64,000 bases of DNA from positions 2,080,001 through 2,144,000 of the forward strand of contig OZ219747.1 in assembly GCA_964291265.2 (NCBI GenBank), read 5' to 3'. Both the position numbers and the translations under genes were made by a program. The stretch is from Alphaproteobacteria bacterium (lineage in GTDB: Bacteria > Pseudomonadota > Alphaproteobacteria > SP197). The notes beneath the pieces were generated by a model. That model was not told the origin of the DNA. It saw only the letters and a program-made list of their open reading frames with translations, and did not search any database. The stretch's first letter is position 1, and each line of letters begins with the position of its first letter. This document shows, in pieces, positions 1 to 10,121 of this stretch.

Positions 1-594
1 TGGGACGGTCACTACCACGCCGGTTCCGTCGGCGCCGTCAGCTTTGAACAGTTCCGCGCCGGCTTCGTCAACGCGTTCTACGATCGGCTCCTCGGAGAAG
101 AGCACGGCGCCGTCATGGCACGCCGGGGCGTTCTGGTCCGCGACATGGAACGGGCGCCCCGGGACGTGCTTCACGCTGCCCTGGCGGCCGGTCTCGAGGC
201 GGCAGGGGAGGGTCTCGATGCGTTCTCCGACTGGTCGGACATGCACCGCCTGTCGCTCGCCCATCCGCTCTCCATGCTTCCCGTCATCGGCTATCGCTAC
301 CGCTTCGGCGACCACGGTGTCGGCGGCAGTTCCGAAACCATCATGAAGACGGCCCATGACGCCAGCACCACGCGGCACACGGTGCGCTACGGCGCCAATG
401 CCCGGCATGTTTCCGACATGACCGACGTGGATGAGAACTATTTCGTACTGCTGGGCGGACAGGACGGCTGGCTCAACAGCTCGACCATGCTCGACCAGTG
501 GCCCCTCTGGCAGTCGGGCGGGTACGTGCGCATGCCGCTCACTGCTGAAGGTGTACGGGCGTCGTTCCCCCATGTGACGGTCATCGACAAGTGA
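1..594 (+). CDS. Penicillin acylase (Ntn-hydrolase) family protein, C-terminal part; starts before the window
   Basis: Frame 1 is open from base 1 (WDGHYHAGSVGAVSFEQ...). The C-terminal GANARHVSDM...LLGGQDG...DQWPLW pattern is typical of penicillin amidase beta-chain ends. Confidence 0.75.
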   Translation, partial: WDGHYHAGSVGAVSFEQFRAGFVNAFYDRLLGEEHGAVMARRGVLVRDMERAPRDVLHAALAAGLEAAGEGLDAFSDWSDMHRLSLAHPLSMLPVIGYRYRFGDHGVGGSSETIMKTAHDASTTRHTVRYGANARHVSDMTDVDENYFVLLGGQDGWLNSSTMLDQWPLWQSGGYVRMPLTAEGVRASFPHVTVIDK

Positions 595-603
595 ACCTGC
601 GCC

Positions 604-2142
604 GTGGCGCCCATGCATGATGCGACGTGGCTGCTGCGGGCCCATGCGCGCCGGCGGCTGCGCCGCCTCGAAGCAGGGGATGCGCGGCGCCTCCAGGACG
701 GCGTTCTGCATTCCCTCATCAGGCGGGCGGCCAGGACCCGTTTTGCGCAGGACCACGACCTCGCCGGCGTCCGCACACTCGATGACTACCGCGCCCGTGT
801 GCCGGTGCGCAGTCATGACGAATTCTGGGACGACTACTGGAGCCGCGACTTCCCGCGTCTCGTGAACTGTACCTGGCCTGGTCTCGTCCCCTGGTTTGCC
901 GAAACGTCGGGGACGACGCGGGGCATCACCCGGTTCATTCCCCTGACCCGGGAGATGAACCGCTCCAACCGGCGCGCCGCCGGGGATCTCCTCGTCTGGC
1001 ACGTGATCAACAGGCCGCACAGCAGGCTCCTGGCCGGACGCGTCCTCGTTCTCGGGGGATCGAGCGGACTTCAGCGCCGCGCGCCCGGCGTGACGAGTGG
1101 TGATCTGAGCGGGATCACGGCCTCCGTCATGCCGTACTGGGCGCGGCTGCGGAGCTTTCCGCCCCGGCACCTCGAGGCCATCGGCGACTGGAACATCAAG
1201 ATCGACCGTTTCGCCCGGGATTCACTCGGTCAGACGATCCACGCCGCCTGCGGCGTTCCGAGCTGGCTGCTGATCTACTTCGACCACCTTCTGGAGGTCG
1301 CGAGCGCAGGCGACGGACGCATCGCCTCGGTCTATCCGGGGTTCGAACTGCTTGTCCACGGAGGCGTCTCCTGGGCGCCCTACCGGGAGCGGTTTGCCGC
1401 TCTCCTCGAGGGCAGTCACGCAGAGACCCGCGAGGTCTACGCTGCCAGCGAGGGTTTCTTTGCCATGGCGGACAGGAGCACGGATGCCGGCCTGCGCCTG
1501 CAGCTCGACAACGCGATGTTCTTCGAGTTCGCCCCGGTCGACGGCGGGCAGGTCAGGATGGATGCGTGCCGCTGGATCGGGGATGTCGAAGAAGGCGTCA
1601 ACTACGCCCTGGTGGTGAGCACTGCTGCCGGTCTGTGGCGCTATCTCGTCGGTGACACCGTCACCTTCACCACGCTCGATCCACCGCGCATTCTCCTGAC
1701 CGGACGCACGGCCCACATGCTGTCCGCCTTCGGTGAACACGTGATCGTGGCGGAACTCGAACAGGCGGTCTCCGGCGCGGCGCAGGCCATCGGCGCCGCA
1801 GTCAGCGACTTTGCGGTCGGCAGCGTCTTTTCCTCGCGCCCCGGGGAACGGGGTGGCCACCTCCATGTCGTCGAGTTTTCCGCGCCCCTCGCCGACGCAC
1901 GGCTCCTCGAATCATTCGCCGCCTCTCTCGATGGTATCCTGCAGTCCGTCAACGCCGACTATGCGGCCCATCGCGCCGGCGGGTGGGGTCTGGATCCTCC
2001 GCGCATCGAGGTCATGCCGCCCGGCGGATTTGCCGCCTGGATGGCGGCCCAGGGCAGGCTTGGCGGCCAGCACAAGGTGCCGCGGGTGATTGCCGATGAG
2101 AAGAGACTCGATGCCCTGCGCGCCTTTGCCCGGAGAGCGTGA
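604..2142 (+). CDS. GH3 auxin-responsive promoter family acyl-adenylate ligase
   Basis: Motifs AETSGTT, EVYAASEG, GLWRYLVGDTV and C-terminal GGQHKVPRV. Confidence 0.9.
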   Translation: MAPMHDATWLLRAHARRRLRRLEAGDARRLQDGVLHSLIRRAARTRFAQDHDLAGVRTLDDYRARVPVRSHDEFWDDYWSRDFPRLVNCTWPGLVPWFAETSGTTRGITRFIPLTREMNRSNRRAAGDLLVWHVINRPHSRLLAGRVLVLGGSSGLQRRAPGVTSGDLSGITASVMPYWARLRSFPPRHLEAIGDWNIKIDRFARDSLGQTIHAACGVPSWLLIYFDHLLEVASAGDGRIASVYPGFELLVHGGVSWAPYRERFAALLEGSHAETREVYAASEGFFAMADRSTDAGLRLQLDNAMFFEFAPVDGGQVRMDACRWIGDVEEGVNYALVVSTAAGLWRYLVGDTVTFTTLDPPRILLTGRTAHMLSAFGEHVIVAELEQAVSGAAQAIGAAVSDFAVGSVFSSRPGERGGHLHVVEFSAPLADARLLESFAASLDGILQSVNADYAAHRAGGWGLDPPRIEVMPPGGFAAWMAAQGRLGGQHKVPRVIADEKRLDALRAFARRA

Positions 2143-2486
2143 TCCCGGGACCGTTTTCTCGTCGCGGCTGATGGTGGTGCTCCCCCATCAGCCGGTCCCG
2201 GCGCCGGTGCTCCCGCGCGCACAGATCAATGGACGCATCCGCAACCGACAGCGTCGCCATGGCCGGTGTATTGCCACAGCAACAAGCGAAGTGGTCAGAC
2301 CCACGATCACGTCATGCCGATCACCAGGCGGACAAAAAACTTGCCCTGAGCTTGATCCCCTGTTCTACGGGTGGGCACATCAGACTATGATGGGCTGCGT
2401 TCGTCCGGGCCCTGTTGTCGGGAACCGGAGAATGCCTTCGGACCGTCCTTGAGTGAGACCGGAATCAACAACAGGAGACAGACACC

Positions 2487-3455
2487 ATGAACTTCCTCCC
2501 CACGATCGCGTCAGCTGCGGCTGGTGCGTTGCTTGTGGGCGTTGCAGCGACAGCGGGCGCCCAGTCAATTCCCGAAACGGATGAGCCGATCAAGCTCGCC
2601 ATGAACGAGTGGACGGGCCAGCACGTTTCGACGGTCGTTGCCGGCGAAACGCTGAAGCGGATGGGCTACAACGTCGAGTACGTCACCGCCGGATACTATC
2701 CTCAGGTCACGGCTGTCGCCGACGGCGATATTCACGCAACCCTGGAAATCTGGAGTTCCAATATCGGTGACGCCTGGGATGAGCACTTTGACTCCGGCGA
2801 GGCCGTCAAGGTTGCGGTTGCTGGTCTCAAGCCCCAGGAGGCCTGGTATGTGCCGGCCTATGTCGTGGACATGTGCGAGGGCCTGCCGAGCTGGGAGGCG
2901 TTGAACGATTGCACGGCACTCTTCGAGACCGCGGACACCGCGCCTTCGGGACGCTTCCTCGACTATCCGGCCGAGTGGGGTGATTCGAACAGCAAGCGCA
3001 TCGAGGCGCTCGATCTTGATTACGTTTCCATTCCGTCGGGAGGCGAGGGTTCGCTCATCACGGAGATTCGCTCGGCCGTCGAACGCGAGGCGCCGCTGCT
3101 CCTGATGTTCTGGGAGCCGCACTGGATCCATGCGCAGATCGACCTTCAGCGCGTCTTTCTTCCCGAGTACTTCGATGGCTGCCACGACGATGCGTCGCTG
3201 GGTCCCAACCCGGACATGGTCTTTGACTGCGACTGGTCGGGGGGCGAGATCTGGAAGGTTGCCAATCCATCGCTCAGGGAGTCGCACCCAGGCGCCTGGA
3301 GACTGATCGAGGTTTATTCGATCACCAATACCGAGCAGGCCCAGATGATGTCGGAGATCGATGACAAGGGCCGCGATCTGACGGAAGTCGTCCAGGAATG
3401 GCTCGACAACAATTCCGGAACGGTCGAGGGCTGGATCGATCAGGCGTCCATGTAA
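2487..3455 (+). CDS. ABC transporter substrate-binding protein, glycine betaine/ProX-OpuAC type
   Basis: Signal peptide; motifs NEWTGQ, TLEIWSS, WYVPAYV, FWEPHW; RBS AGGAG upstream. Confidence 0.85.
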   Translation: MNFLPTIASAAAGALLVGVAATAGAQSIPETDEPIKLAMNEWTGQHVSTVVAGETLKRMGYNVEYVTAGYYPQVTAVADGDIHATLEIWSSNIGDAWDEHFDSGEAVKVAVAGLKPQEAWYVPAYVVDMCEGLPSWEALNDCTALFETADTAPSGRFLDYPAEWGDSNSKRIEALDLDYVSIPSGGEGSLITEIRSAVEREAPLLLMFWEPHWIHAQIDLQRVFLPEYFDGCHDDASLGPNPDMVFDCDWSGGEIWKVANPSLRESHPGAWRLIEVYSITNTEQAQMMSEIDDKGRDLTEVVQEWLDNNSGTVEGWIDQASM

Positions 3456-3483
3456 CGACTGGCGTCCTTTCCGGGAGAGGACC

Positions 3484-3520
3484 GGGGAGGCTGGTGTTGC
3501 GCCGGTCTCCTCCTTTTCTT
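3484..3520 (+). terminator. Probable rho-independent terminator between convergent genes; second copy near 25781-25817
   Basis: GC-rich stem ggggaggctggtg/cgccggtctcctcc followed by ttttctt, just after the stop codon. Confidence 0.55.
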
Positions 3521-3532
3521 GAGCGCGGTCGC

Positions 3533-4032
3533 GATCACCCTGCCCGGGTGAGCGCCAGGTTGTGATGCCGGTCCCTGGTGGCGGACCAGCCATCGGGCAA
3601 CCGCGATGGTGGCCGTGTCGTCCTCGATCAGGGCCGGCCCTCGCGCGTGCCGCACCGGGCGCCATCGCGGTCCGGTGACCGATGACGCCGTCACGCCATT
3701 CTCTCTGGTCTCAGGTAGCGCGAGGGCTCAGAGGGGGATCCCCTCGTTGTCCGGTTCCTCCTTCAGCGTCGGCACGTCCTCGAGCGGAGCCGACACGCCG
3801 AGACGGAAGGTGACGATCTCGATGGGTCTGGAGGCATCACCGCCATGCATGAAGACCCTGTGATGCTCATCGGCGCAACGTGTCCTCAGACCACCGGTTG
3901 TCAGCCCTGACGGCGGATCCATGGGGACCGCGACCTCGAATGCCTGTCCGACGAATCTCATGTCGGCAATGAACGACATGCGTGGCCGGGATCCAAGGCC
4001 CATCAGGACAAAGCGCTCGATCGCGCGCCTTG
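3533..4032 (-). pseudogene. 3' remnant of hydantoinase/oxoprolinase A
   Basis: Matches the 3' end of 25832..27847 (ADMRFVGQAFEV) but has small indels and no 5' part. Confidence 0.9.
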
Positions 4033-4105
4033 CCAGGGCACGGTTGATTTTCGTCTGGTATCCTCGCCCGGAAGACCTGAAGTGCTCCACCACCGAGCGC
4101 TTGAC
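4033..4105 (-). pseudogene. BrnA-type antitoxin C-terminal fragment at the island junction
   Basis: Translates as VVEHFRSSGRGYQTKINRAL, the BrnA RHH signature; no BrnT partner visible. Confidence 0.6.
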
Positions 4106-4340
4106 TCGACACGGGACACGCCTGCATTCGCTCAGTGCTGTCATCGCCCCTATCACCGCGCGGCCGAACCTTAACCCCGGACCCCATCCGGACGTTGCCT
4201 TTTCATGGGCTGGACGGGGCGCGTTCAAGGAACAGGTTCGGGGGATGTCCGGCGACCATGTGTGCACGAGGACTGTTTCGCCCTTCAGGGCGCCGTCGCC
4301 GCCAGGCCGTCGGTCGCGTCAGCGGTTCGAAGGACGCAGA

Positions 4341-6182
4341 TCAATCGACGATGTGGTAGACCGGCGCCTTCTCCATGGACCAGGTGTCCGTCTCGGCGTC
4401 GTACCGCGACAGCGTGAAACAGTGCCAGTTGTCATCGTCGAGCATCATGTGGTCGCCCCGGTAGTAGTACCCCGGCCAGCGTGTCTCCTTGCGAAAGAGC
4501 GTGTGCCGCATGACACTCTCCGACGCCAGGAGCCGATGCCGGAACTCCCATGTCCGCTGCAGCTGGTGAAGATCCTCGGCGCCGATGTGCCGGGCATCGT
4601 CCTTCAGCATCTCCATCAGTTCCAGACCGCGATCGAGCAACGGCTCGTTGGTCATGTAGTTGACCGTGATGCCGCCGCAGTACTCGTCCATGAGCTTTTC
4701 GAGGCGCTGCAGGGCGTGGAGGGGCAGGATGTAGCTCGGCGAAACCGTTCCGGCGACGATTTCATTGCGGCCGATAGCGTAGTTGTCGAGCGGTTTGAAG
4801 ATCTCCGTCTGGAGGCGACCGATTTCCGTCTCGTCGACCATGGGCTCGTCACTGACATCGTTGATGTAGTTCACCGCGGCCTTGGCGGCGATCCGGCCTT
4901 CCGTGAACGACCCCGACGAGAACTTGTGCGGGGTACCACCGCTGGCGTCGCCGGCGCCGAACAGGCCACGGGTGGTCGTCATGCGGTTGTAGCCCCATCG
5001 GTACTCGGACGGCGCATAGTCTTCCGGACCGCTTGCCCAGGCGCCGGAACAGGTGGCGTGAGAGCCCATGACATAGGGTTCCGACGTTGTCAGCTCCGGG
5101 TTGGTGTGCTTGGGGTCGATGTTCTGTGATGCCCAGACCACGGCCTGGCCGATGGTCATGCCCAGGAAGTTCTCCCATCCCACGGTTTCCTTGTGCGGAT
5201 CCTGAAAGGCCTCCGTGGTCACCATGCGGATCGGTCCTCCGCCATGGGCGAGTTCCTTCAGCAGGGCATGGTTGCGCAGGCACGTCGGAACCGGGTGACG
5301 GTCGACATAGTCACCGACCAGTTTCCTGGTATCTTCGTACCATCTGGATTCATACTCTTCGCCGTAGGCGTTCTGCGTGTAGGTCTTGAGATGCAGGAAA
5401 TAGGCGCCGACGGGGCCGTAGCCGTCCTTGAACCGGGTCAGGACGATCCGGTTCTCCATCTGCGTCATCTTGGTGCCGATCTGAATGGGCAGGCCGTAGG
5501 CCGATGCACTGCTCCAGGGCGCATACCATGTCCTGCCCATACCTTCGCCGACGGCCCGCGGCTTGAAGATGTGCGAGGCACCGCCCGCCGCAACGATCAC
5601 GGCCTTCGCCCTGAAGACGTAGAAGTCACCCGTGCGGACGTTGAAACCCACCGCGCCCGCGGTCCGGTTGGGATCCCGCCTGTCGACGAGAAGGTGGGTC
5701 ACCATGATACGGTTGTAAACCTCGGTCGCGGCCTTTCGGGCAGCCTCGGCGACGATGGGCTTGTAGCTTTCGCCGTGGATCATGATCTGCCACTTGCCCT
5801 CGCGCTGATAGCGGCCGGTCTTCGGATCCCGCATCATGGGAAGGCCCCAGTCCTCGAACATGTGGACAGTTGAATCCACGTGCCGGCCGATATCGTAGGC
5901 CAGATCCTCGCGAACCAGTCCCATCAGGTCATTGCTCGCATAGCGGACAAAGTCCTCAGGCTGATTCTCGCCCCACTGCATACCCATGTAGCAGTTGATG
6001 GCGTACAGACCCTGTGCGACAGCGCCACTGCGCTCGATATTGGCCTTCTCGACGCAGACGACCTTGAGATCACGCCCCCAGTAGCGGGCTTCGTAGACAG
6101 CGCCGCATCCGGCCATGCCGCCGCCGACGACGAGAATGTCGCAAGCGACCTGAATTGTCCTTCTGCGCTTGAAGAGGCCCAT
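4341..6182 (-). CDS. aprA: Adenylylsulfate (APS) reductase alpha subunit
   Basis: FAD motif VVGGGMAGCG; RSGAVAQGL, WQIMIHGESYKPIVAEAA, GRTWYAPWSSASAY, HKFSSGSFTEGR. Confidence 0.97.
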   Translation of the reverse strand: MGLFKRRRTIQVACDILVVGGGMAGCGAVYEARYWGRDLKVVCVEKANIERSGAVAQGLYAINCYMGMQWGENQPEDFVRYASNDLMGLVREDLAYDIGRHVDSTVHMFEDWGLPMMRDPKTGRYQREGKWQIMIHGESYKPIVAEAARKAATEVYNRIMVTHLLVDRRDPNRTAGAVGFNVRTGDFYVFRAKAVIVAAGGASHIFKPRAVGEGMGRTWYAPWSSASAYGLPIQIGTKMTQMENRIVLTRFKDGYGPVGAYFLHLKTYTQNAYGEEYESRWYEDTRKLVGDYVDRHPVPTCLRNHALLKELAHGGGPIRMVTTEAFQDPHKETVGWENFLGMTIGQAVVWASQNIDPKHTNPELTTSEPYVMGSHATCSGAWASGPEDYAPSEYRWGYNRMTTTRGLFGAGDASGGTPHKFSSGSFTEGRIAAKAAVNYINDVSDEPMVDETEIGRLQTEIFKPLDNYAIGRNEIVAGTVSPSYILPLHALQRLEKLMDEYCGGITVNYMTNEPLLDRGLELMEMLKDDARHIGAEDLHQLQRTWEFRHRLLASESVMRHTLFRKETRWPGYYYRGDHMMLDDDNWHCFTLSRYDAETDTWSMEKAPVYHIVD

Positions 6183-6646
6183 CAGACCGCTCCCGGCCTG
6201 AGGCGTTTGGGATCCAGAACCGGCAGCCCGCCGTCAATGTTGAGGAGGTCGGGTTCGTGGGCGAGTTCCTGGGACCTGAAACGGGAGGCCTCCGGCCGGT
6301 CGTACTCGGCGGACGACTTGATCGATCCCCATTTCGTGGTGCGAATGGGCGAGACGAAGCTCTTCTCTTCGCCGTTTCTGAACTTGATCTTCCAGGAAAC
6401 GGTGCCCTTGTCCTCTTCGCGGCGTACCCGTACGCTGTGACCGAGCGGTGCAAAGTCCGCATACCCACGCACGTCGATGGCGTTCTGCGGGCACGCCTTC
6501 ACGCATGAATAGCACTCCCAGCACATGTTCGGCTCGATGTTGAAGGCGCGACGATAGGTCGTGTCGATGTGCATGATGTCGGACGGACAGATATCGACGC
6601 AATGTCCGCAACCGTCGCAATGGCTCATGTAGACAAAGGTTGGCAT
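6182..6646 (-). CDS. aprB: APS reductase beta subunit, 2x[4Fe-4S]
   Basis: MPTFVY...CDGCGHCVDICPSDIM...CWECYSCVKACPQ; stop overlaps the aprA start. Confidence 0.97.
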   Translation of the reverse strand: MPTFVYMSHCDGCGHCVDICPSDIMHIDTTYRRAFNIEPNMCWECYSCVKACPQNAIDVRGYADFAPLGHSVRVRREEDKGTVSWKIKFRNGEEKSFVSPIRTTKWGSIKSSAEYDRPEASRFRSQELAHEPDLLNIDGGLPVLDPKRLRPGAV

Positions 6647-6698
6647 GGCGTTAGGTCAGCTCCCAGATCGAAAACCCGTTCCACACGGGCCGGTGAGG

Positions 6699-7481
6699 TC
6701 AGTAATGGCGTGGCATCTCGGTGACGCGACCGAGAACTTCGGGCTTGTCGGCCGGCGGCGGAAGATTGCCTCGCGATCCGTCCGCTTCCGCCACGCGCTT
6801 CTGGAATGCGATGGCAGGCTTGTAGAACATGTGAGAAAACTTGGACCAGGGCACCGATCCAAAGAGCACCGTGGTGGAGACGGCATACAGGCCGAGGAAG
6901 ACATCGGCCACCGGACTCTCCGCCGTCTGGAGGAGTCCCCAGATGAACGCCATCGTCGTGCTGACCAGGAGCGAGAGGATGAAGAGGTCCGCACGCACGA
7001 TTCGCCAGGGGGGATGGCCTTCAGCGGCCACGTCAACCCGGATGAAGAACCAGAACCAGTATCCGCCGCCGCAGACCATCACGATGCCGAGATACCAGAG
7101 CAGGGGCCAGATGGCGGGAGTCGGCGTGGCCGAAGTCGGGTAGCCGAAGACCATGGCGATGGTGGCGGCAAGATAGGCCACGAATCCGTACATGGTCAGC
7201 AGGTGCGCGATCCTGCGCCGCAGGTTGCAGAATTCACCCGAAGCCAGCACGTCGACCGCGGAAGCCTGGACTGCGAGGGACACCATGTGAGCGCCACTGA
7301 CCGGCCGGTTGCCCCGGTTTCTCGCGTGACGCCAGTTGTCAAAGAAGTACCGGGCGCTCCTCTTATGGAGCACATCGAACAGGGTCCCTCCCACGACCAG
7401 CAGGATCATGGTGACGACAAAGGCCTGCGTGACTGCAGGCGCTACGAGAAGCCCTGCAAAGGGATTGCCGAAGAACATCAT
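6699..7481 (-). CDS. aprM: APS reductase membrane anchor
   Basis: Multi-TM protein directly upstream of aprBA; GTLFDVLHKRSARYFF, RRIAHLLTMYGF, VPWSKFSHMFYKP. Confidence 0.88.
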   Translation of the reverse strand: MMFFGNPFAGLLVAPAVTQAFVVTMILLVVGGTLFDVLHKRSARYFFDNWRHARNRGNRPVSGAHMVSLAVQASAVDVLASGEFCNLRRRIAHLLTMYGFVAYLAATIAMVFGYPTSATPTPAIWPLLWYLGIVMVCGGGYWFWFFIRVDVAAEGHPPWRIVRADLFILSLLVSTTMAFIWGLLQTAESPVADVFLGLYAVSTTVLFGSVPWSKFSHMFYKPAIAFQKRVAEADGSRGNLPPPADKPEVLGRVTEMPRHY

Positions 7482-9558
7482 TCGTCCCTGGTTTGACCGA
7501 AAGCGAAGTTCGGTGGCGGCATCGGCCCTGAACGCCGGTCACGGGACCGCTGCGCTGTCCGTGATCTCATCGGGTGCGTACTGCTGTCGTGGTCGCATGA
7601 CGTCGGATCTGCCGGCATGAAGCCACACCCTCCGTGCTCGTATCGTACTGATGAACCCCGCCGGCCGGGCCGAAGGGAAGCGATGGTGCCACTGTGCCCC
7701 CTTTCTTCCGGCTTATCAACATGGGGCGTGCGCCGGACAAGGCCTTCCCACGCTGGAATTCGCTTGATTTCACTTGACGTCAGGCGTTCGTATGTTGCAC
7801 GCGCGCGGACATTTCCCGCTGGCCATCCCGCTTGGGATGTGCGACGGTCCGGTCATGTCGATTCGCAAGCTCATGGAAGCTGTCCCGATCCATCAGGAAG
7901 CACCTGAGGGTTTTTCCCTGTCTGAGGTCGATGTTCGCCTGGCGAGGCCGGAGGAGCGTCCGCTGTGGGACGCGCTGATGAACAAGCACCACTATCTCGG
8001 CTTCCGTCGCCTGGCGGGTCGCGGTCTGCGCTACCTTGCGACCTTCAGGGGCCATTGGCTGGGGCTGGCGGCGTGGCAGAACGGCGCCTTCAAGTGCGCT
8101 CCCCGCGACCAGTGGACCGGCTGGAAGCCGGAGCAGCAGTTCCAGCGGCTCTCGATGGTAGCCAACAACACGCGGTTCTTGATCCTCTCCAAGCCCGGGG
8201 TGTTTGCGAACCTTGCTTCCTGTTTCCTTGCGTGCATGACGCGCCGGCTCTGTGACGATTGGCTGCAGGTGCACGGCCACGGGGTGCTGCTGGCGGAGAC
8301 GTTCTGCGATCCGGAGATCTTTGCCGGCACGATGTTGAAGGCTGCGGGCTGGACGTGTCTGGGTGAGACCAAGGGGTTTGCCCGCTCCAACGGGCGTTAC
8401 ACCGATCCTCACGGCAAGCCCAAGGATATCTACGTTACGGCACTGAGGCGCGATGCCCGGGCGCTGCTGTCGAGCCCGCTGCCGCTTCCCCCCGACGTGG
8501 CGCCGCCCTCATGCCCCGAACTGGCGCCCCGGGACCCCAAGGTGCTGCGCTCGCTCTACGCCGAGCTCGCGGCCATTCCCGACTTCCGCCGGGCGCAGGG
8601 AAGGAAGCATACCGCGGCATCGGTGCTCACCGTGCACGTGCTCGCCGAGTTCGCCAACATGAAGGGCTGTGTCGCCGCCGCGCAGTTCGCGCGGTCCCTG
8701 TCCCAGGAGGAGTTGGAGGCCATCGGCGCGTGGCTTAACCCGAAGACGGGGCTTCGCGAGCCCGTCTCCAAGTCCACCATCCACCGGGTTATCCAGTCGA
8801 TCGACCCCGAGGCTCTGGAGGATGTGCTCACCCGCTGGTCCCGGCCTCGGCTTCACCTCGCCCGTGCACTCGCCGCCGACGGCAAGCGCATCCGCGGCGC
8901 CAACCGCAACGGCGATGGCCGTCTGAGAGACCGTGGCCCTTGTCGACCATGAGACCGGCGCGCCCTTTTCCCTCCTGAACTTCAACGACGACGGCGGCGA
9001 ACTGGCGGCCATGCACGATCTCCTGGAGCGCAGCGACATCGGCGGCAAGGTGATCACACTCGACGCACTGCACACGACACGCCATACCGCAAAGCTGATC
9101 ACACAACGCGCGGATTACGTCTTCGTCGTCATGTTGATGGCTGCATAGAACGGCGGGATTTCGGCGATTTGCCGCGCTTTGTCAGGGTCGTGTTTCTTCC
9201 CTGTTGTCAGGTCCTATTGTCACGTCCTGTTGTCGTGGTTTGAGTGTTCGGCTGGTTGTCTCCCCGAGCGCCGCCGTCTTTTCCTATTGTCGTTTTGGTC
9301 CGGTTCGGGTTGTTCCGTCGGCCTCTGCTTCGGTCTTGGTGACGGTTGCCGGGAGGGTTCCGGTTCCGAGGCACTCGCGGGATTGTTTGTCTTCCCTGTG
9401 GGCGGGTCGCGTTGTCCGGTCCCGGGGCGGCGTCTTTGCCGCCGCCCCGGGTGGATGCTAGATCGGCATCAAGAGAAAGAGCGATGCGATGCCGGGCGGA
9501 GTTGTGACGCCCCCCGGCGCAGCACCCGGACGAGCCGGTCACGGGGGACCGAACTCCC

Positions 9559-10089
9559 GTGTATTGTCGAGCCATTTTGCGTCCGGGTCCACCCCCGCTC
9601 TCGAGACGGACGGTGTGCACGACAGGACGACTGTTCAACTGCAGGCGGTGTCAGCGGCAGGTTGTTCTCTGCCGGTCGTGTGACCGGGGGCATGTGTATT
9701 GCTCCAAGGAGTGCAGGGAGCGGTCCCGGATCGAGCGGCGCCGCGCGTCGCGTCGTCGCTACCAGAGCACGCTGAAGGGCCGTGAGACGGGCCGTCACCG
9801 CCAGCGGCGTTACCGGCTCCGCAAGGCGGAGGAGGCGCGTGCGTTGAAGGCCAGGGCGGCGATGGTTGCCGAGATCATGGACACGCAGACGTCTGCTGTG
9901 GTGCTGCTTGGCGACGTTCCGGCGGTGTCTGGAGACGCCGGTTCTGAAGAAATCGTTACGGACCACCCTTCCCGACTGCTGCCGACCTCCCTACCTGCGG
10001 TTGTGAAGGCGCAAGAGCGACGCGAATCGCCGCTTCGGTGCGCCAGATGCGGACGGGTCGTGACGCATGTGGTGCTGAGGGACCTGTGA
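9559..10089 (+). CDS. Hypothetical Cys-rich, basic protein (putative Zn finger) upstream of istA; start uncertain
   Basis: CRRC...CRSCDRGHVYCSKEC, an Arg-rich helix and a C-terminal CARC. Confidence 0.6.
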   Translation: MYCRAILRPGPPPLSRRTVCTTGRLFNCRRCQRQVVLCRSCDRGHVYCSKECRERSRIERRRASRRRYQSTLKGRETGRHRQRRYRLRKAEEARALKARAAMVAEIMDTQTSAVVLLGDVPAVSGDAGSEEIVTDHPSRLLPTSLPAVVKAQERRESPLRCARCGRVVTHVVLRDL

Positions 10090-10121
10090 TGCGGCGTTGA
10101 GGAACCAAAGGGAGGGAGTTC

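Larger units (their letters stand above)
2831..4032. repeat. ~1.2-kb direct repeat, copy 1 (copy 2 at 25216-26325)
   Basis: Near-identical from gccccaggaggcctggtatg to cgcgcgccttg in both places. Confidence 0.95.

Noticed and set aside
6699-7481. QmoC/HdrE call
   Set aside because: No Fe-S domain and no qmoAB; size and position fit AprM.
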